From the NCBI GenBank assembly GCA_012295275.1, contig CM022667.1, positions 5,146,001 to 5,210,000 of the forward strand: 64,000 nucleotides of DNA, given 5' to 3'. A model generated the notes under the pieces. It was not told where the DNA came from. It ran no database searches and worked only from the letters and a program-made list of their open reading frames with translations. Source of the DNA: Chrysomallon squamiferum (taxonomy: Eukaryota; Animalia; Mollusca). Below are positions 55,005-64,000 of this stretch, piece after piece; position 1 is the stretch's first letter; the number at the start of each line of letters is the position of its first letter. Both the position numbers and the translations under genes were made by a program.

Positions 55005-55035
<31 letters not shown>

Positions 55036-56009
55036 AAAAAAAAACAAAACAACATAAAATAAAATAAAATAAATCGAAGTATAAAGAAAACAACAAAATA
55101 TTTCCAGAAACATTAATAATAACACTCAAGAAAATAATGAAAGTAGAGTGAAATAAGGTTGAAGAGAAATTAAACTAATAATGTAGTATTCGGTAAGTAC
55201 AATTAATATAAATGAATATTAAATAGGAAACTGCAGTAAAATAAATTAATAATTAATAACAATTAAGAACGAACTTCAGGAGAAAACGGCAAGATTTTAG
55301 TTACTAATGATAGTCACTATGATGAAAATTACCATTACTATCATCGTAAAAAGGAAGTTTGTTTAAATGCAGTTCAAATAAGTTTAGAAAGCTATAATGA
55401 AAGAATTTCAAGTGTAAACGTCAAGATTTTATCTTAGCGTTCGCTAAAAACCTTTACAGAAATGATATTCAGTATGATGAAATTTGCTAGTATCTTCCTC
55501 TATATTTTCTCACGAAAGAAGAAATAATAATTAAAAAATAATCAGATTAAGGAAATTAAGAAAAAAATTAAGCACTAAAACAATAAAATGTTTTGATAAA
55601 CGTTAATAATAACATTGAAGAAAATACTGAATATACACTAAAATACAGATGAAGAGAAATTAAATTAATAATATAGAAATACAAAATAATTAAACTGAAA
55701 AGATTACATTGGCAGCAGCACAATTTGATCTGCTTGTGTTCCTTAAGTACAATCTACTAGACAACGTTAGCGAAAACTAACTGCATATCTATATATTTAG
55801 GTAACATTAACGCTTTACTAGAAGAAGAAGACATTTTTTTCAAAAATTAAAATCAATATAAAAAAAAAAAAAGATAAAAATAAGGAATAATAAATACAAA
55901 TTTGTGAGCATTATTGTTTTCACTTCGTGTACTTAGCGAAATTCGAATAATATTATTACGTCAAGTGCTTGGAAAGCGCAACCTATGTCAGGTAATAAAA
56001 CCCGTCCAA

Positions 56010-56065
56010 ACGCCTGCGACAGACACGCCCGCTGACCTGTCAGAAAGCGAGCCTGTCGCAGACGT
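56010..56065 (-). other. 56-nt GC-rich intronic hairpin (paralog of 28049-28104)
   Basis: Same self-complementary sequence. Confidence 0.75.
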
Positions 56066-56337
56066 TCTTCACAACAGCTTGCTCTGATTAGCTTTTCAAG
56101 GTTCAAGGTTCAAGGTCCAAACGTCGTTCACAATATGACAGCTGTGCATGTCAGACGTTAGTGACAGCTTAATACTAGAAAACAAAATGAACAGCCTTAC
56201 GGTTAATTATCTAACTGTCTCTAAAAGTTAAAACAAAAATTGCAAAACAAGAACATAGCTGATTTACAGTGTCGAGTCAATGCAATATAATAAAATAGTG
56301 TAAGTAGTACGAGTATTCATTAGTTTCATACACTAAC

Positions 56338-56413
56338 ACGATATTGTTACCAACTGTTGTATGACGAAAAAGCGAATAAAAATCTTCATATTGTGATTTC
56401 TGAAAAGTATAAT
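56338..56413 (-). CDS. Gene B putative signal-peptide exon
   Basis: 76 nt, phase 0 to 1, same peptide as 28373-28448. Confidence 0.55.
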
Positions 56414-56529
56414 CTGAAAAATAAAATATATTAAAATATTATCAAAACTACTTTTACATTATGGTATTGTTATTTAAAATTAAAATATGGCTGTGAAATG
56501 TTATAGAGTGGCATAATTTCAGTGCTTAC

Positions 56530-56532
56530 CAT
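56530..56532 (-). CDS. Gene B putative start codon at end of exon 1
   Basis: ATG|gtaagc, in frame with the next exon. Confidence 0.45.
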
Positions 56533-56586
56533 AGGTCCACATTTACATTTAGTGTCGTCTTTTTATTATTTATTTCTAATTATTTT

Positions 56587-56634
<48 letters not shown>

Positions 56635-57516
56635 ACATTTTTATTTTATTATTATGATTATTGTTTTTAAAGATCACCATAGTTATCCAATTACCAATAT
56701 ACATAAAATACTCACTGAACCTGCTAGTTAGGCTGCATTTATATGATTGAGAAAAGAAATTATGAAGAGCAAACCCAATAAAAGTAACTGTATTTCTTTT
56801 CAACTTCTGTTTTTACGTTTTTTCCTTTTATGTTTTTGATGACAGTATTACCTAAACTGTTTTCGTTGGTGCAGACGCTAATGAATCTCAGTGCATTGCG
56901 TCATTTATCTGGACGTTACGTCATCGCAAAATGTGTGTTTATATTATCAGTTTGGTTATCGCACGAAAACTAATAACAACTCTATTCATGACATTTTAGC
57001 TTTTTTGTTTTGGGTTTTATGTTTCATGCTTTAAAGCAACATAAGCCAGAGATCACTTGCACATTATGTGATGTTGGGCATTAATACAAATGTCTTAGAG
57101 TGTAAACGATTGTATGTACGGACATGTTCAGATTGATATTTGAGTGATAAACTAGCAGTGCTGGAATTTGGAAGAACGCCTGGGAGGGCTGAGATTGTTA
57201 GCGCGGAGTTTCTATACTTTTTAGTTTCCAAGTTACCCCAAAATGTATTTATTTCCGTTTCTAATAAACAAAGGTAATTTATTTCCTTTAATATATTTGT
57301 ATATTTTACTCAGGTATGAAAAATAACTAGGGTATAAGAAGATAAAAATAAAAATAATAATAATAATAAAAATAATAATACATTTCTTTACTGAATTATT
57401 TGCAAATTAAATTTTAGACTTCACTTTTTCTGTTTGTTCAGATAAAAATAATTGTTAATCTAAGAACAACACAGTATACAGTTTTCTTTTTCTTCTTTAT
57501 CGTCTTCTTCTTCTTC

Positions 57517-57569
<53 letters not shown>

Positions 57570-58222
57570 TTAACTGAAAGTTGTAGAAGTATTAATTCTA
57601 CATTATAAGCTGTTATAAAATGAACTATTAAGGGTTAAATTAAATTAACAAGTTTTAATCACATTCCTAATTAAATTAAGTTATACTAAATTACTAGAAA
57701 AAACATACTGTGTATCAAGACAAATTCTTGAAGTGATTTGGCAGCACTAGCACTAATACAGATTCAGAATCTGTTGTGTTTTGTTTTCTAATGAACCTTA
57801 AACATGCTAATTGCAAATACGTAGAGTCGTAAACAAATTAGGGGTACGCTAATGTTAACTTATAGCTGCCAAAACTGTAAGATTTAATTTAATTTTTGGT
57901 CTATTATCGTTGTCTGTATGGGTAAATAGGCTTTCACTTGACTGAAAGTAAGAACACCAAAAATTGTATGCAATTCTTTAATACAGAAACTAACTTGATA
58001 CAAATAAGTTGTTTTACATTCTCAAAGTATTAAGATTAGCTTTTCCAAATATGATATGATTATCAAACAAGTATGACTGAGAATAACATGAAGGAAGTTT
58101 TATATTTCAGTATTATTAAACACAGTTTCCTAAACACAGCTACATAAACGTAAAAATAAGACTAATCATCATTCGAACGTAATAACTACAAAAACAAAAC
58201 AAATTAGTTAAGTGTCCCTATT

Positions 58223-58361
58223 CTATGACTGCGAAACGTCATTGCTTCTATCAATCTTGTCACCTTCAAAAGCAGGGTTCTCAAATGACTTATTTTCTTC
58301 TGATTTTGCTCCAGATTTTCCCTGAGGAAATGTTTCGTAAACAACTCTGAGTTTATTGGAC
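58223..58361 (-). CDS. Gene C terminal exon, cytoplasmic tail (RSNKLRVVYETFPQGKSGAKSEENKSFENPAFEGDKIDRSNDVSQS*)
   Basis: ttgttcacag|, phase 2, open to TAG. Confidence 0.8.
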
Positions 58362-58645
58362 CTGTGAACAAAATATATTTAATAATTAAACATTATGTTT
58401 TAAGAAAGTGTTCTTCATGTAGACATACAGGGTGAGATAGTATAATATTTAATTGATGTGTTTTTCAACCGAGATAAATAGTAACAGCTATAAAACTAAA
58501 CTGCATCCACTTTCAACCATCTGCGTCTAGTAGATCCAGTCGCATAAACATTTATTTTTGTTATAGATAAAAAAAAAGGAAACAAAAAAGAAAAGAAAAG
58601 AAGAGGAAAGAAAGAAGAAACCAAATCCCGGTGGCCCCACTGCCC

Positions 58646-58684
<39 letters not shown>

Positions 58685-59001
58685 AGGAAGAAAAAATCAA
58701 ACAAAGAAACAACAAACAAATAAAAACAAATACAACAAACTCATTTACAATTTTTTAGCGTTTGGTTGAGAAGTAAGTCTGATATTTATTTATTTGATCA
58801 GACAAAAAAGTTCGTACAGAATAACCGATTTGGAACACGACTTTGCATAGCCGAATGGACAAAAGAGACCAAACACATATCGCCCATTTACATGCTGTTT
58901 CTTCTCTTGTAGTTTACTTGAATATACAAAATTACTCTACAGTCTCTGTCTGGCATTTATACTGTATTTTCTTATTTAATATACATGTATATCTGTATTA
59001 C

Positions 59002-59068
59002 CTTTTCCAAGCTATGATCAGTAGAAAAACAACTACACTCGCAAATGTCACTACAAATACAAATACAC
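59002..59068 (-). CDS. Gene C transmembrane exon (VFVFVVTFASVVVFLLIIAWKR)
   Basis: ttttgtag|, |gtaata, 67 nt; substitutions versus gene B keep hydrophobicity. Confidence 0.85.
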
Positions 59069-59215
59069 CTACAAAAGAAACATAATAAAAATAATAAATC
59101 ATTTTAGAAACGAACGAATGAATGAATGGATGGATGAATGAATGAACGGATGAATGAATACATTAAAAACTAAATAACTAAATATACAAAATATTGAAGA
59201 AAACATGTTACTTAC

Positions 59216-59260
59216 TAAGTCGAGTCGTTGTAGTGGTGGATGTCTCTTTGTTAGTACGAC
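59216..59260 (-). CDS. Gene C Thr-rich exon (GRTNKETSTTTTTRL)
   Basis: gtccag|, |gtaagt, 45 nt. Confidence 0.75.
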
Positions 59261-59357
59261 CTGGACAAGTAAAATGACAACCGATGTAATGAGAGTGATG
59301 ACATTAATTCAGAACTGTTTTAATTATATGTAATGAAATACCTAAACTTAAATGATG

Positions 59358-59420
<63 letters not shown>

Positions 59421-59677
59421 TAAAAATAATAATAAAAAGAGAAAAATATAGAGAAAGGAAAAGATGAAAAGGAAAGCTAAGTTGATTTAAAGTTACGATT
59501 CAAAACTTACTAATCCCTGTCACAGAGTTCTAAGCCACTAGACACGATAACGAGAAGGTAAAGCATTGGCACCGTGACGGATTGAAAGAGTAAAAGTGAG
59601 AAAAAATACAAAGCAAACAATCACAAAAATATTGTTCTATTCCATGAGAAAACAGAGACAGTTTAGAAAAAACTTAC

Positions 59678-59704
59678 CTAAACGTTTCTGCGGCCCAAAC
59701 TTTT
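59678..59704 (-). CDS. Gene C stalk microexon (QKFGPQKRL)
   Basis: attcag|, |gtaagt, 27 nt. Confidence 0.65.
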   Translation of the reverse strand, partial: KSLGRRNV

Positions 59705-59714
59705 CTGAATAATA

Positions 59715-59777
<63 letters not shown>

Positions 59778-59909
59778 TATTATTATTATTATTATTATAA
59801 TAATAATAATATTCATAATCATAAGAAAAAGAAGAACAGGAAGAGGACAGATGAATAAAGATGATAATTTCAGTAAAGAAGTAAACAAAAGTCATAGGAT
59901 GATACTTAC

Positions 59910-59936
59910 GACCAAGATCCATATCGTGTGCAGATC
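59910..59936 (-). CDS. Gene C stalk microexon (GSAHDMDLG)
   Basis: ctcttcaag|, |gtaagt, 27 nt. Confidence 0.65.
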
Positions 59937-60129
59937 CTTGAAGAGAAATCAATCAAATAAATAAATAAATAAATAAATAACATGATTAATAGGTACTGAG
60001 TAAAATGATGATTTAAATTCTGTATTTAATATTTGACTGGATTAGGAAATGTAATATTCAGCTTTTTACATGCGATAGAAAAAGCTAATTTACACACTAA
60101 GAGAACTCACGTACATGTTAACAAAGGAA

Positions 60130-60191
<62 letters not shown>

Positions 60192-60283
60192 TAATAATAA
60201 TAATAATAAAAATAAATATTGTTATTTTGATTATCATTATCATCATTTAAATTGATGATATAGATGAAATAAAATTTTCTTAC

Positions 60284-60298
60284 CAACAATTAGTGTAT
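60284..60298 (-). CDS. Gene C stalk microexon (DTLIV)
   Basis: ttgtccacag|, |gtaaga, 15 nt. Confidence 0.6.
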
Positions 60299-60537
60299 CT
60301 GTGGACAAAAAAGAAAATAATAATGAAAGCATATTAATGTACATATGTATAAGGGAAAGTGAGAGTCTATTACATTATTGTAGAAATAACTGTTAAACAC
60401 ATCTAACTGAAATACGAAGTCATACGAAATAAGTACAATAAAAATTTGAAATAACTGTAATCATGAATTAGCAGTTTAAATAAATAGATAAAACAAATAA
60501 AAAAGATAAAAGTTTTTGGTCTATAAAAAATACTTGC

Positions 60538-60861
60538 CTCGAGTGCTTTTAATACACGGAGTATGAGTGACATTAGTGGAATATCCATCAGAACACATCC
60601 ATTGACCTTCGTCAACTTCCTTGTGAAACTTCTCTATACCGATAGTAATTTGTGTCGGTGAATCTACCCGAGCGCAGTATCCTGGCCAATATCCGCTAGT
60701 TAGACACATTGTTGTCTGGTAATTGCAAAATATAACTGTTTGTTTATTTGGCCTAAATACTCTTATTCCATATGTTACAGTGCCATTCATGTTACATGTT
60801 AATTTTGTAGGAAATCCTTCTTCGGCTTCATCCAAGCAGTTAGTATATGTTCTTGCTCGTA
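60538..60861 (-). CDS. Gene C Ig-like exon with GC donor (VRARTYTNCLDEAEEG...DEGQWMC...PCIKSTR)
   Basis: tttccag|, G|gcaagt, 324 nt, phase 1-1. Confidence 0.8.
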
Positions 60862-61219
60862 CTGGAAAGCAAGTTATTGAATACTACATATATTAAAGAT
60901 AGGAAACTACTATAATAAAACTTTTACTAAATCGTTAAAAATTAATTATGATACAACAAGTGGAATGGAAACGATTTAATTCTATCTATCAATCAATGCA
61001 TGTATGTATGTGTGTATGTATATATGTGTGTGTGTAAGTGTATTAACAAAAATTAAGAAAACTAAAATTAAAAGAATAATCGTATATCGTAGATAATTAA
61101 ACGAGATTATACAGACACAAAATACGAAAGCAATATAAATAATTCTTTAAGGAAATATACAGAGTATTTTGAGATAATCGACAACTACTGTTCTGTCTGC
61201 TACAACTATTTGTACTTAC

Positions 61220-61240
61220 CTTCAGAAGGAATATACCTTC
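61220..61240 (-). CDS. Gene C linker microexon (GRYIPSE)
   Basis: Long pyrimidine tract, ctgtag|, |gtaagt, 21 nt. Confidence 0.7.
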
Positions 61241-61758
61241 CTACAGAGCGAGAGAAAAGAAAGAAAAACAACACGGTTTTGTTAGTAGTGAGAAAACAAA
61301 CATTATAAATTAATTTACAATTTAAGGGAGAAACGAAATCATTTCGTTGAAAATTGAGAAGAAAAGACAGTGTAATAAGGTGATAAGTATACATATCAAC
61401 ATCTGATGTTTACAATCATTTCATGATGTGTTTGGTCAACAATATCTGAACTTCTTGTTTAGACAGCTATTCAGCTTTCTTTTATACATAAATTCAATGC
61501 AAATATTTAAAGGTGGTAAATATTAGTGCACAGCCACCCACACGCTTGGGAGACAATTCGGACCAATAATTCAGACGAACTCGACGCATGAACCGGAGTC
61601 ACAATAGAAAAACACTGGGAATTTGAATGATCTACAAAATTCTCATTCCACAAAAATGGGCGAGATAACTGCACGTCGTGATGTCTATAGATGAGTCATT
61701 ACTTGTTTATGCGTGTGCGTCTGTGTGTTTCTATATGTAAGAAATAATGTTTAATAGC

Positions 61759-61874
<116 letters not shown>

Positions 61875-61894
61875 TCTAGTTCAAGATTTCTTAC

Positions 61895-61909
61895 CTGTAG
61901 GTAACGTAG
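61895..61909 (-). CDS. Gene C linker microexon (STLPT)
   Basis: ttatag|, |gtaaga, 15 nt. Confidence 0.6.
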
Positions 61910-61993
61910 CTATAATATAAAAACGGAAAATAAGGTTCTTTATTACGTCACTTGCATCGAATTTACTAATTATCTACCAGACAATTAAAGTTA

Positions 61994-62070
<77 letters not shown>

Positions 62071-62595
62071 TAATATAAATAATAATAATAAGAAGAAGAA
62101 TTCTAAAAATCTACAAATATAAATAGTAATAAGATCAATTAAAAATTAAAGAAACTAAAACGAAAGTAAATGAAGAGTATATTATAAGCAGCTGTTTAGA
62201 TAATAAATACATATTAAAATTAAATTATTTATGAAGAATTTAGGATAGTAAAGACTGAAAGTGCAGAATTTTCGATTTTAATATAATCGGAGATAGTGTC
62301 TTCACATATTCAAAATACAATAATTCGTCAATTTCCGTGAAATGCATTTTATTTTTCTATAAATTCATAGGTATTTAAATATCCTTAGATTACAGTGGAT
62401 TCTACATAAGATAAAATAAGCAATTTCACAGTTAATCTACATAGAGCAGAATAGAAATAGCTGTGTCGGAAGGTTTCTAATGAACTTTTGTTGTAACATT
62501 TGAAAATAGCACCCCTACACAAATATGATGATTTCATCAATAAATTTGTTTTTTAATATTTTAGAAGTGAACATTAAAGTTTTAATTTTACTTAC

Positions 62596-62916
62596 ATTGA
62601 CTAGCTTTGTTACAGGTAGTTTCACCAACACCAGGAGGTGGTCCGTCAGTGCAGGTCCACTTTCCTTCGTCGACATTTTTTCTGAACCATTGTATCATAA
62701 TAGTAATTTCTGAGGCTGAATCTACTATAACACAATATTCTACTCTTTTGAGAACACGAGTACAGACTGTATTACGATTACAATCTATAACTAACTGACC
62801 ATCTGGTCTACGAACTTGTATTCCGTACTTTACAGTGCCGTTTATACGACATATCAGTTGTGATTCCCGTGCATTATTTGGACCATTTAAACAGTCTAAA
62901 TATGTCATTGCTTTTT
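62596..62916 (-). CDS. Gene C Ig-like exon (EKAMTYLDCLNGP...DEGKWTC...TCNKASQ)
   Basis: ttattcag|, |gtaagt, 321 nt, phase 1-1. Confidence 0.85.
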
Positions 62917-64000
62917 CTGAATAAAAAAATCAAAATAATAATAATGAGAAAAAAGAAAGAATATGTGTGTATATATATATGTATATATTTATATATATAT
63001 ATACACACACACACATATAAATAGATAGATAGAGAGATAGATAGATAGATACATAAACACATAGGTGGCTAGATAGATATATAGACAGATAGATAGATAA
63101 ATAGAGGTATAGACTGGTAGATAAGAAATAAGCTAGATTATGAAACAGAGAGAAAGAGAGAGCCAGAGTGAGAGAGAGAGGAAGTGAGTGAGTCTGTGTG
63201 TGTGCCTTTTCATATAACGTTATACCTGTGATGAAATAATTTCAATTAGGTGTAACTGGCAGTATTCTTTGAAAAGTAGGAAAAACAAATCGGTTCAGGA
63301 CCCTATGTTTTCTATTTAACATAACGTTTCCCGTTATACCAATTCACCAATAATTGGGTACATTTGTCTTTATATAACCTCAAATAACGAAAGCAGCAAG
63401 AACCAGAACAACTACAAGCACAACAACAGAAACAGCAGTGACAACAACAACAGCAACAACAACCGGAAAAAGAAGAAAAATGATAGTAGTAGCAGTAGTA
63501 GTAGTAATAATAATAATAATAATAATAATAGTAATAATAATAATAATAATAACAATAAATATATATAAAGAAATGAATAAATTAAATTAAAAAAACATTA
63601 AAGTGTTTGAAACATAGGATAATAATTTTATTCAAAAGCGAATTATTCACATATACAATATATAGTTTGAAAGGAGCATCATATGTGTGTGTCTGCTATG
63701 AATCACAAATAGGCATCGAAAATGTCTCATAATATCTTAAATCAGGATTTGTGATGTGATTTTTCAGAAATAACTATAATCTTTATAGCTTTCAAGGAAC
63801 CTCTGTCCGAAAAAAAGAAATAAATTAAAATCAACCTTGATAACTCATATCAATTCCTTTAAACTATTGACACATGGAATAATAAACAAACAACCAGACT
63901 AAAATCTAAATAAAAAAACAATAAAAAAAATTACTAAAAAAGGTTTGTCAGAGGAGTGATAGAGAAACCACTGTTTTAGTAAATTTTTAAATTAAAACCT

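Larger units (their letters stand above)
53200..59400. repeat. Segmental duplication copy 2 (paralog of ~25200-32100)
   Basis: Colinear identity with copy 1. Confidence 0.9.

Noticed and set aside
59511-59537. Possible gene C microexon with gtaagt donor
   Set aside because: The 27-nt version has an in-frame TAG and the 19-nt version breaks frame.
63226-63266. Possible upstream exon of gene C ending CAG|gtataa
   Set aside because: A phase-1 ending contains TGA, and the open reading ends in phase 0, which does not fit the next exon.

Overview
AT-rich, microsatellite-laden eukaryotic genomic DNA with spliceosomal introns. An invertebrate animal, possibly a mollusc, is an inference only. Almost all ORF-track entries are simple-repeat artefacts. 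Reading splice sites on the minus strand reveals a head-to-tail cluster of three paralogous genes for type I membrane proteins built from a six-cysteine Ig-like domain. Gene C (3' part only, ~63 kb to 58.2 kb) has 2 Ig exons, stalk microexons, a TM exon and a tail. Gene B (~56.5 to 31.0 kb) is apparently complete: ATG exon, signal-peptide-like exon, 8 tandem Ig modules, stalk microexons, TM and a Tyr/FENPAF tail. Gene A (5' part, ~28.6 kb to beyond base 1) has 11 Ig exons. The intact Ig exons (321-333 nt) and the linker/stalk microexons (15-45 nt) are symmetric phase 1-1, and the Ig+microexon modules are recently amplified as 1.9-2.2 kb tandem repeats. Gene B looks like a chimera of gene A (5') and gene C (3'). 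All exon calls come from manual reading of splice signals and frame, with no expression evidence.
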